Shown: positions 24,801 to 37,831 of the stretch, in pieces
How positions within the stretch are numbered: the stretch's first letter is position 1
Layout: every line of letters begins with the position of its first letter
Assembly (NCBI GenBank): GCA_951406725.2
Contig: OX597814.1
Location: 20,522,001-20,586,000, forward strand
DNA from: Octopus vulgaris
Taxonomy: Eukaryota
Reading direction: 5' to 3'
DNA length: 64,000 nt
Position numbers and translations under genes: made by a program
Notes under the pieces: model-generated
What the model was told of the DNA's origin: nothing
Database searches by the model: none
What the model saw: the letters and a program-made list of their open reading frames with translations, nothing else

Positions 24801-27800
24801 ACGTGTGAGACTATTTTGCACTTAATTATACCATTTTACAAAAGAAAGATGCTGTCTTTTGTTAAGTGTAAATTGGCTTGTCAGTCACTCAAAATGAGTG
24901 CTCATAAATTATGGTTAAATTTGATGTGTTCCACAAAGCAGTTTTCTGTATGCCTCTTCCTATGTATCCAGACTGTAATTATGATAGAATATTATTGCTC
25001 GTCAAAAGAAATATATATGATATATTTAGCTTAATGTTTAATTCTTCCTTTAAAATGTATTTCCTATAAATCAAATGTGCAGACAGAAATAATTTTGTTT
25101 AAAAAAGATTATCATTTCATTGACATGTGTATGAATATCCTTTAACACACAAGAACAGATTGACATACTGAATATTTAATCTTAATATGAGGTATCTAGA
25201 AAAACTCATCCCATGATATTGAAAGCAGAACAAATTTCAAATTCAATACTAATTCAGCAAAACATAAAAAAACTTTTACTGCTTACAATATTTAACAATA
25301 TCTCTAATGGTACCTATTAAACAATGTTACTTCAGGTTAAGAAAAGGAAAGAAATGTGTTTGTATGTGTGTGTGAAACATAAGTTCTTGATCAAAGGTTC
25401 TCAACAGAGGCCATTTGGAGCTTGAGTGGGGTGCATTTTGGAGCAAAGAGGTGCTGGGGGGGGGGCGTTAAAAATTGGGGGGGGGACACTGGAAGACCCT
25501 CAACTTTGTTAAGTTTAATTTGAAATTAATGAGTAGTAGCCATATTTTCACATCTCTGTGACAGTCAATTTAAAAAACTATGCCCTGTTTCAAATTTTCA
25601 AAAACTCTTTTTTCATTTTGGCGACACCAAGCAAATTTCTGGTACCATGGTGTAATTGGTGTCACCAAAGTGAAACCCCCAAAATAAAAACAAAAACTAA
25701 AAACAGATGAATAGTGACAGACGACTAAAAGAAAAAAAAAACGATGAATAAAAGTGAAAAGCTGAATGTGTGTATTTGTGTGCAAATATGTAAAGAATGG
25801 TGGTCAGATTTTGGGATGAAACTAGCATTTGGGAGTAGCTGATAGGCATGTGTTTGTGTATGCTTGGGTATGTTAGAATGTATAGGATTGCATGTGTTGC
25901 CATTTTGAATTCCTCTCTGTGATTAAATTAGTTTGTATATTCATTTGATTTGTTTTTGTCTTATCTGTTAACCATCAATGAACCGGAACCAAGTCATGGT
26001 TTTCAAAATATAGCTGACCAATTAGGTTGTAAGACTGACCATGACACCCACCCCACTACACAAAGGGATTCAGAGACTTGTTGATCAGCAAAAAATTAAC
26101 GAACACTAACATCGCACTTACGTCACCACCTGGTTCCTTACTCCCATTAGTACACTTATATATCGAATCTTCCCATGATGGGTTCACCATCATAGGCTAC
26201 TTATGCCATACCATCCACAACGTTGCACCTACTAGTTGGCACTTTATATATGAACTTTCACCTCCATAACTCAGACAATAACTTCAAATCCACCACTGTA
26301 TTTCTATGTAAACATAATGCAAAGTACTGCCTAAATTCACCCTTCCTAAAAACTCCTCCCAAGAATGACTACACTCACCTATCCATCATTGGATGAAGTA
26401 ACATGGATCCTGGAATACACCACAGGAAGTTTGTAGCTTATTTCCCCTTTCTATACCTAATTCATTTTAATAAGCTGTACTTCTCTCACAGCCTCATATT
26501 GCTCCTATGCTTTTTCTGGCCTTTTTAATAATGACAAATACATTGTACCTATTGTTAACAGTTTATTATATGTATTACCCCTCATAACCATTTAGACCCT
26601 ATGAAGAAGCCTAGAGGTACACTCATCATCCAAACTTTATCTGCCCATCCCTACAGAACACCAAAGAGATGGAGAAAGCACGGAGGATTTTGTTGTCTCT
26701 TGGCAGAAACGGCCATACGGAACTGATCTCAACACCCAGTCATAATGTTGTAAGAACTGGGTCAGGCAGCTCTTTCCTGTAATAATTAATACATGTGTGT
26801 ATAATACATAGTTACTACATGTGTATGTACTTTTCTAATAATTTCTAATACTTTTGAATAAATAGACACACTGGAATGTCTACCAGCTGATGTATGTCAT
26901 TTTGTATCCTTTCCATTTTCTCTTATTTGCTGTATAAATCAAGTGTAATCCACTTCTTACCCCTGCCCATATATGACTCTGAATTGTGAGATTGCCATGC
27001 AATAACCAGCATTTGGGTACACTACCAGCAGTATATTGCATAGGTACTGTCCCTCACAGAAATATATATGTATGTATGTGTGTATGTAAGTATATATATA
27101 TATACACACCAAGAACCACCTTGTTAAAAGCTTTTGCAAAATCAAGGTATATTACGTCCACATTTGAGTTGTTGAGTAACTGCCTCAACACCCAGTCATA
27201 ATGTTGTAAGAACTGGGTCAGGCAGCTCCTACCTGGTTGAAAGCCATGCTGGGTATCACTCAGCAAGTTATTTTCTTCAAGGAATGCGATTAGTTTCGCT
27301 CTGACTATCCATTCCATGACTTTGCTGATGTGTGAAGTCAGAGAGATAGGCCTATAGTTTTTGGTATCTGCTCTGCTTCCCCCTTTATGGATTGGGCATA
27401 TTATTCCATCCTGCAGCTTGCTTGGCAGTCTGCCATTTGCAAGAAAGCTCTAGAAAAGAATCTGGAGGGGTTTTGCCAGTGCATGCTTACACGATTTGAA
27501 GAGGATTTCTGCTGGTTGTAGGTGAGGTGGCAAAGAAGTCCACTGGTTCGTTCACTTGTCTGAGTTCCAATGGGGTGGTAAAGACACTTTTGAACTGGTC
27601 ATTCAGTACCTCACTGATCCTAGTTGGACTGTCTATGAGGGAGCCATCCTTTTGGAAGAGGGGTCCTATCTTGCAGCATACTGAGGCTGTTTCTTTCACG
27701 TAATGAAAGAAGGCCTTTGTGTTTGACTTAATGTTTTTGCTCTCCCTCACATAGGATTGTTGCAGCCTTTTTTCGATCTCCATCAGTGTTGTTTTTAGGC

Positions 27801-27810
27801 AGGACCTTTC

Positions 27811-27850
<40 letters not shown>

Positions 27851-29178
27851 GAAAGAAGATTTGAAAATGCAATTTTAAAAATGTTTATTCACTTGACCGG
27901 TTTCACTTTTTAAGAAAAAGATTGTCAAAAGTAAAATGTAAAGCTTTGTATAAGCTTTGTTGTGTTAAGTACTAGTTGTCACAAAAGTATTAAAATACAT
28001 ATATACATTCTTTGATAATAATAAGAAAATGTTAAAAACAGTTTACAAGAAAGTATTTAAGAAAATATTCAACAAAAAGTATTAGGAATTCAATAAAAAT
28101 CATGTTTGTTTGGTAGTATATATATACACAGAAGTAATATATATATACACATATTGCTCTTCCTTCCCCCCCCACCCCAACCAACCTCCCACATTGTCCC
28201 TTAAAATAGCAAACAATTCTTAGCTACACACAAAATAAAAAATGCTAAGAAAACAGGTTTGTTCCTCTCAAAGTCTTTGTAAACTCTTAAATATATCTCC
28301 TGTGTATATATATACTACCAAGCAAACATGATTTTTATTGAACTCCTAATACTTTTTCTGTGTATGTATATAGATACTACCAAACAAACATGATTTTTAT
28401 TGAACACCTAATACTTTTTGTTGAGTATTTTCTTAAATACTTTCTTGTAAACTGTTTTTAACATTTTCTTATTATTATCAAAGAATGTATATATGTATTT
28501 TAATACTTTTGTAACAACCAGTACTTAACACAACAAAGCTTATACAAAGCTTTACATTTTATTTTTGACAATCTTTTTCTAAAAAAGTGAAACCGGTCTA
28601 GTGAATAAACATTTTTAAAATTGCATTTTCAAACCTTCTTTCATATATATTTCCACTCATGCAGTACCTTACAACTTCATATATATATATTATATATTTG
28701 TTGGGTGACCATAGCTGTGAGTAGTAATCCAGGTGGCTGAGGACAAATGTCCTCCAGAGGACCATCATGGTTTCATTCTCTCTGGTTCTGAATGTTCTCA
28801 GGATCCATTCAGCCAGTCATCTGCACTTTGTTGCCATCCTGGTAATGTGTACTTAAAAAGCGGTATCATCACTCATGTCGATACCCAGGTCCCTCACTGA
28901 TTTAGTCTCTGGGATTGTAATCCCTTCTGGACCAGGAAACCCCGTAAGTTTTGTATTCAGTTTTGGATACTGGTAGTGCAGGGCTTGGAATTTTTCAGCA
29001 TTAAATGTATGTATATGTATGTATATATATCTATATCTATCTATCTACACACACATATATATACACACACACATATATATATATACACACACACACACAC
29101 ATATATATATAAATACACACACATATAAACATATATATACAGACATATATATATATACATACAGACATATATATATAT

Positions 29179-29248
<70 letters not shown>

Positions 29249-30577
29249 ACACACATACATTCATATATACATAGATACAAGTAATTTTTAGTGTGAGTCA
29301 TTGCATATAGATATGTTTAAATGTCTGTAAATATATTATGTATAGGTGTTTGTGTGTGTGTGTCAGTGTGAGATTGTATATAAATATGTGTAAGAATAAT
29401 GTATATAGATGTATCACTGTACTTATGTGCTTGTATGTAGGTGTGTGCATAAATGCGAGTGTATGAGTTTTAAACTTGTACAAATTCCAGTTTCTTTCCC
29501 CATGTACTTAGCATATTATTTGTCCTCAGGCTCCCTAAATTGTCTGTCCTCAGCAACTAAACTGTTTTAATTTGTGGTTTGCAGTCTTTAACTTGTTATA
29601 ATGCTAATACAAAGGCCACTAGGCTACAATTCACTTTAGATTGATGACTGATAATGTCATTAGGGTCTGTCATACAATTTTTGGACAAACAAACAGCATG
29701 ATGTGTTAACAATTGAGGGTACCCGTAGATTGTCCTTTTAGCATTTTTCTATAATCATATCCAAGTGCAATAAATGTATCATGTGTACGAATTAACATTA
29801 TGCCCACAAATGAGTACAGTCAAATGGCAGAAACAGTTGAGCACTAAACCAAGTGCTCCTAACAATATTTCAATCCATCCTTCTATACTTGGGGTTTAAA
29901 TCCTTTTGATCAATATTTTGATCCATCCCTCTACATTTTGAGATTTAAATCCATTTGGGTTAACCTTCCAAGCTCAGGTGTGGGCCAAAACGGAGTGTTG
30001 TTTCCACATCTGGGTCAGTGCTGCTGCTACTGCTCACAGACACTCTAAACTACATCCAGAAATGGGCAACCTGATTATTTGGTACAAAGCCTGCAGACAT
30101 GTTCCAGCTTCTGGTTCAGAAACATATTATCTCTTCTCTCAGCCTTTTCTACCACTATTATGATGCCCTCTACTATTCAGAAGTAACTGGGTTTGTGCCG
30201 TTTCTACTCAGGTATTCCAAATCCACTTAACTCTCTTCCTTTAATTTTGTGTCCAACCCCACTGTTCCCACCCACCACTATGTCCAGTTTTTCCTTCCAG
30301 CCTCTGGAATTCTCTTAATACTCATGTCTTTCCCACAGGTGTTATCTTGCAAAAATTGTTTGAGAAACATTAACAGCATCAAATTCATTGATTTCAGAGA
30401 GTCAGCAAAGGCCATGGAAAGAGATTATTTTTTTTTGTCTGCTGGATATATATAGTCTCTCCAGCCTGTCTAGAAAGGTAGTAATTCTGAATAGGAACTG
30501 ACAGAAATCATGACAACCTGTTGAACTCACACCTGCTTGAAGAGTGGATGTAAAATATCAATGAGGATGGATGTGTG

Positions 30578-30612
<35 letters not shown>

Positions 30613-30619
30613 TCACACT

Positions 30620-30667
<48 letters not shown>

Positions 30668-33600
30668 TAAGAATAGTTTGAGGTTTAAGAAGTTTGCTTT
30701 CTAATTGTGTGGTTTTAGGTTCCCTGACTAACTAAAGCTTTGTGAGTGGATTTGGAAGGGGGGAAACTGAAAGAAGCTTGTTGTATATGTATGTCTTCTT
30801 GCCTTGACATTGCATGATAGTTGTAAAGAAGCATCCCAGTCATACAAACAGCATACTTTGTTTCTTCTCTTCTGTGAAAACATGTCTGGCTATGGAAAAT
30901 ATTACCATGTCAGAAACAGCAAGGGTTGGTGAAAGTAAGGGCATTTAGTCATAGAAAATCTTGTGAGTGGAGGCACAGGAATGGATAGGTGGTTAAGCAA
31001 ACTGCAAACTTGCCAGCCATATGGCTTTGGGTTCAGTCCTATTGTATATGTCTTTTCTAGTCCCAAGCAGATCAGAACCTTGTGAGTGGGTTTAGAAATA
31101 ACTTACATAATAATCATCAACATTTTTTTTCATATTTGCATGGCTTGGATGAAATTTGTGAAGTGGATTTTCTACAGCCAGATGCCCCTCCTGATACCAA
31201 CCCTCATCTGTTTCCAAGTAAGGTGATATTTCCCCTTGAGCAGACATGTTTTCATGAAAACAAAGGACAATGCTTGCACGGTGGTTACATTTCTTTTTAC
31301 AGCTATCAAGTGATGTCAAGGCAGAGAGACAGTAACATGCGCATGCACATACACACAGTTTCCATCTACCAAATCAAATTACAAGGCTTTGATCAACCCG
31401 GATATATATAGTTGAAAACACTTGCTCCTGGTACCATGCAGTGGGACCGAACCTCAAACCATGTGGTTGAGAAACAAACTTCCTAACCACACAGTCACAC
31501 TTGCACCTATTCCACACACGCATAGAAAATCATATATATATATATATATATATATATTTGCACCTCTAGCCGTGAGGTAGGTTCATCTGGGACTCTCAAA
31601 AGCAAGAGGTCCAGCCTTGATTTAAAAAACACCTACATCTACTTTGTGGAGATTCCTCAGGCTCTTTGGGAGAATATTAAAAAACTGCGGACCCCTGGAA
31701 CCCAGGCTGTTGCATAACTGGTCCTGAAGCCCGATGGCATTACTGAGATCTTTGGCACTATGCAGTGTTGACCCGTTCTGGCATTGGTATAGCTTTCAAT
31801 GCCAAAATTTGGCACAATTCCTTCCAGGATCTTCCAGATGTATATTACTGCATATCTCTCCCGCCTTTGCGAGTAGAGTCTTAGCTGTTTCAGCCTTTTC
31901 CAGTAGCTGAGCAGTTGCAAAGAGATGATCTTCTTTGTGAATCTTCTCTGGATTGCTTCAAGGTCTGCTAGGTTTCTGACAGGCAAAGAACACAGGTACA
32001 AGATTTTCTGGGCAGGGAACACTGATGGCATTGGGGGTATTGGTATACTTCTTGCGGAGAAATAGGTTAAGGTAATCGGGGTAGTCAGAGTATGCGACAG
32101 AATACTTAAGATTAGATAAGTGCTTCATCATGGGTTAGCAACCATTATCTTCCCCTATGCCCCTCATCTGGGGCTACCTGATGAACAGAAAGACCGATTT
32201 TATGACACCCCCTTGCAGACTACCTCATTGACGAATGACAGGGACCTTCTCTTTGTGGCTGGTGATTTCAATGGACATGTTGGACAACATGCAGGGTCTT
32301 CCATGGCGTACATGGAGGTTATGGTTTTGGTTCTTGCAATGAGGAGGGGAGCAGGCTGCTGGAGTTCTATGATGCAAATGATCTTATGGTTTGCAATACT
32401 AACTTCAGGAAACCTGCCAGTCATCTACCGTTCTGGCAGACACACTAGCCAAATTGACTACATCCTCGCCAGAAAAAGGAAAAGATGGCTGCTTATAAAT
32501 ACCAAAACGTTCCCAGACAAAGAATGTACTCCACAACATAGACTAGTAGTTAGCAGCTTCAGGATTGGGGCTAAATGGATGCTCAGAAGACAACCAGCAT
32601 GGAGGAGAAGGGTCTGGAAGTTTAAAGATCCTGCAAATCAACAGAGATTTAGAAACGTATTACTCAAAGCCTTTGACGAAATAGAAGGGGATATAGCATC
32701 ACATGATGTGGAAGACAACTGGATGTTTCTATGGGACAACCTACTGAGGGCCACTGACCAGATCTGTGGATGGTGCAATGTCCCCTCTTGATCCAAGATA
32801 ACGTGGTAGTGGAACAATGTTGTTGACAGGGCTATTAGAGAAAAGAAACAGGCTTAGAAGGACTGGAAGAATGGTGGTTGTAGGGAATTGTATCAGACTG
32901 CCAAAAGGGAAGCTAGGAGACAGGTTTATTTAGCCAGAGGGGAAGCAGATAAGAAAAAATTTGCCAATATTTTGCGCCATGAAGACCAAAGACTTGAGGT
33001 ATTTCATGTTGCAAGACAATGTGTGAGAGAGAATTGTGATGTCGTAGCAGAGAAATGTGTCCACATGGATGATGGTTCACTTGCACTAAACGAGGCTGCA
33101 AAGAGAGAGGTTTGGAAACGCCACTATGAAAGGTTGCTCAATAAAGAGAATGAATGGGAGAAAGAGAGTCTGCTGAACAGGGAAACCAGCTATCCGAATT
33201 GACAGTACCTTGGTAGATAAAGCAATTAAAAGTATGAAGTATGTACCTGGCTTTCATTGACATGGAGAAAGCCTTTGACAGGGTCCCCCGATTCCTTATC
33301 TGGTGGTCAATGAGGAAAGTGTAGCTGCTGGAATAAGAATAGCCTGGGTAAAGTTCAGAGAGCTCCTAAACTCTGCTGGTGACAAAGGGCCTCTCACTCA
33401 GAGTAAAATGTAGAGTGTATGACACATGTGTATGAGCAGCCATGCTACATGGCAGTGAAACATGGTCTGTGACTGTTGAGGACATGCATAAGCTTGCAAG
33501 GAATGAAGCCAGTATTCTCCGCTGGATGTGTAATGTCAGTGTGCATACTCGACCCAGTGTAAGTGCCTTGAGAGACAAGTTGGACCTAAGAAGCATCAGA

Positions 33601-33981
33601 TGTGGTGTGCAAGAGAGACGACTGCACTGGTATGGTTCTGTGGTGAGAATGGATGAGGATAGGTGTGAAGAAGTGTCACACCTTAGCAGTTGAGGGAACT
33701 TGTGGAAGAGGTAGACCCAGGAGGACATGGTATGAGGTGGTAAAGCATGACCTTCGAACATTAGGCCTCACCGAGGCAATGTCTAGTGACGAAGACCTTT
33801 GGAAATATGCTGTGCTTGAGAAGACCTGGCAAGCCAAGTGAGACCATAACCCGTGGCCTATGCCAGTGGTGTAACCAGCCTACTTATGCATACCTTTCCT
33901 ATATATATATTTATATTCATATTTATATATTTATATTCATATTTATATATTTATATTCATATTCATATATTTATATTCATA

Positions 33982-34027
<46 letters not shown>

Positions 34028-37000
34028 TATACATATTTATATTTATACGCATGCATGGGTACAGGTTGTCACCAACAGTAAACAACACATGAAATATGAA
34101 AACAAATGAGTTAAATACGCAAATAACGAGCGAAAAAAGGACATTATTAATTGCTTGATATAAATATAAGACTGATTCCATATTTAAATCCATGATTACA
34201 TGAGCTCAACAATAGAGGTGAAGAAAAGTTGTGAGCTGCTGATGCAACTCAATTGAAACCAGACTATATAGAAAAATAAATGGTAAAATAATGTTCATAA
34301 TAAAAATTGATGATGATTGTAGAAGTAATGGTGGCAGAGGTGGTTCTTATTTCCTGTGATAATGTACTTTCTAAATCTTGCTTACCTCTAACTTTTCAGC
34401 TCAAATAAACCATGAGGTAGATATCCAGTTTTGTTGTCTTATCACATTAATCACACATACACATATGCACATACATCATTACTTATGTATAGGTGTGTGT
34501 ATATGAGCATGTGTCTACATGTGCATTGACGTATTCTTATTTTTACTGGATTTTATCTATGAACATAAATAGTAATTCAGATATTGAAGTGAACTTAGAG
34601 ATATGCATACCAATGCATCATGCACAGATATAACTGGACATATGTGTGTGTGTGAATATGCAGCTATACAAACGTGTCTAATGAACATGTGTATATATTT
34701 ATATATACATAAAACTATAAATGTGCATGTATATGTATGTATACACACACATACATCAGTGTCTGCAAATGTGTTTGCATACATGTGTGTATTTATGTCT
34801 GAATGTACTTCTGTGTCATATATCTGGTAACTATAAACATGATTAGTTGGTCTGATCTTGAACTTTGCTTGATTTGCCAGTAAATATATAATCAAGGTAT
34901 TTAGCTCTCAAGTTTTAATCTCCAGTCTGGTAACATTATCACAGTTACCACCGACACCATCACAAACACTAACTTCTCCACCATCATCTCTACACTTATC
35001 ACCACTATAATAATAATTGTTTCCATTAACGTCATTCTCTACCTTTCTGCATCACTATCTCTATCATTATCATCACAATGATTACCACCATTAATATTCC
35101 TCTCATCTTCATCAATAACATCACCACCATCATCACCCTAAAACCTTTGTGTCTGCTACAAGTTAACAGCATAACTACTGCCATCACCACTGGCTCTATC
35201 TATTAACCCTTTCGTTACTGTATTTATTTTGAGAAGCTCGGTGTTTCTTTCAGTTACTTTAAATATAACAAAGAATTTAGTAAAATAACTTGGTTATCAT
35301 TCAGCTGGTGTTAGGAACATAAATTGTGACTAAGGTTTGATGGAAAATTTTTATTCAGAACTTTTGAAAACAAGACATTTGTATTCAAAGCCAGAGCCGG
35401 TTTCAGCCGGGTTGGTAACGAAAGGGTTAAAGTGAGATTTCAAGCTTCCATGTCAATTACTGCCTATTCTTTTCACCAGAAAATAAGTTTGGGATTCTTT
35501 TGCAATTTTGAATAGTTGACATCATTTACTACTAAATGTAATGAAAGATTCTCTACTGTTGAGTTGATGAGGTTGTCTCAGTACAGTTGACAAAGCTGAC
35601 TGTATACAATCAAGTCACACTTTATATGTCAGACTTGTGCAATCAAGCTGAGGAAGACTATGTACCCCAGATGCTCCTCAAATCCACACACTACTGTCTA
35701 AAAAAAAAAAAAAAGACAGTCAGAAACTTAGGCAGCATAGTTACAGTTGAAGTGCTAATAGTTATAAATCTTCTCAATTAGGCTAATAATAATAATAATA
35801 ACCATAAACTTTTGTACACATTACCTAGGTGCATACAACTCTTTGGAAGTGTTCTAGCTCAATCAGTTATATACTTATTAATGTTTTACTCAATGCATAA
35901 AATATCTGTTTTTTTGCAGATAAATGTGTGTGTGTGTATGTGTGAGAGAGAAAGATAGTTTTAAACCTAGGTGATTGCATCCAAGACTGCTCTGTTCTCA
36001 TAAGCATTGCATATCTAAGATTATATTCTCCTTTTCTTTTAAAGATAATATGACTTGATGTTGAGAGAGATTTAGTTACTATTCCTAACAAGTCAAGTAA
36101 GCACATGGAAGCCCTCATTGAAAATAAAGGCTTACTGTTCTGAAAGATTGAAGATATATGACAAGCTCATAGATTTTTGAAGCACTCTTTGTCTAAGGGT
36201 GTTTGGGTTAAATTTGACAGTTTGCATAAAAGGAAAACAAATATGTCATCCAAAAATGAAAGTATTTGAAAAAAATCAAAAAAATATCTAGATTATGGCT
36301 AAGAGAGAATAGTTTACTCAAAGTAGCTTCCTTCAGCTTCTACCATGGCCCGAAGACAGCTCCTGGTGTCCCTGCGAAGATCTTCAAACACCTCCTTGAT
36401 CTTGGGTACCAGCTTGGCCTTGGTGGTGCAGGCAGAGTGGTTAGTATCTTCCTCAACTGCACCCTACACATAGTAATCCACAGGATTACAATTGTAGGAA
36501 TAAGGAGGCCTGAAACTGTGAGACTAGTGAAGTCATAAAAATTCTCCAACAACCACTTCTGACATTTTCTGGAGGTATGACAAAAAGCTGAATCATAATG
36601 CCACACATATGGTCTTCCAGCAGCTTCACGTCACTGCCTGATTTGAGCCTAAGGCCCTTTTCAAAAGTGTTGGGTGGAATGATACCACCCTTACTGGAAA
36701 TGTACACAAAAACCATCACAGTTTGAGGGAACTGTTGTTCTGGGTGTTTTGCAGCTGGTCCTGGCAGAGGTTCTTTTTATCTGACAAGAACCAGATCATC
36801 TCCAGCCCAAAAGGATGCCTCTGCTTGATCAGGAGATCCTTTGCCTTCCTCCAGCTGTTCACCTTGGCTTTGACTCTCATAATTTTCCCTTGGGATTCTT
36901 ATACAAGTGGTAGCAAAGGTCCTCATTCAGGATCAGTGTCATGGTCTTGACTTCAACATTCATCTCTTTTACCAAAGCCTAAATTCCTTTGCACAGATCT

Positions 37001-37798
37001 TCCATTACCTTGTCTTGTAGTTTTGGGATGAATTCTGGTATACGGCCAGTCAGAATGTCCATAGCATCCCTTCCTGTTGGCCATGGCTTTGTAGCCTCTG
37101 TTGCGGCTGTCTATGTTATATCTTAGAGCTTTTACAGTGTTCACAGAACATTGAGCAGCAATCATGATGATGGCAATTTGAATCATCATGATACATATAT
37201 AAGTCTTTTCCAATATTCAGATGGTTTCCTGTCTTTCATGGCAGCTAATATTTTCTCAACTACAACTGTAATGTTTTTTCGTTAGAATGTTGTTGAACCT
37301 TCACCAATATACATCAAGCTATTCTTGAAAGAAAGTGACATAAAAAGTCATAAAATGTAGCTTGAATACCCTGTATGGGTTTGGAGATGTAGAGAAGAGA
37401 GATAAGATAGTGATAAGGATCTAAAGAATATCCTCAAGAGGATATGTCCAACAGCATGATGACAGGAAAATTAGAGAGAGTGGGTGAGTAAAGGTTGCTA
37501 GTGTACAACACTACTTCATTCAGGCATAATGATTCAGAGGATTGATAAAAGAAGGATGACAGGATATAGGTGGTGCATCATAGAAGAGAAATACGGGTTG
37601 GTTACAGTTGGAATACATCTGATCATAAGTGTACTGGGTCAGAGCTGACTTGAGAGCTCATGAACAACTTTGTTTGGACCTAGTTTTCCATGAGTACAAG
37701 TGTATAATGTAAGTAGACTTTGAATTGAACTAGTTCAATTAAAGCTACTAAGAAGAAAAAATATTGCCAAATTAGATTTCTTATTAATAATAATAATA

Positions 37799-37831
<33 letters not shown>

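Larger units (their letters stand above)
27843..28650. mobile_element. ~800-bp foldback element (arms ~290 bp), Penelope-like inverted termini
   Basis: 27843-28135 is the reverse complement of ~28360-28650; ~60 bp of the right arm is tandemly duplicated (~28300-28360); flanked by (TA)n; each arm carries a hammerhead-like motif followed by AATAAA. Confidence 0.85.
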
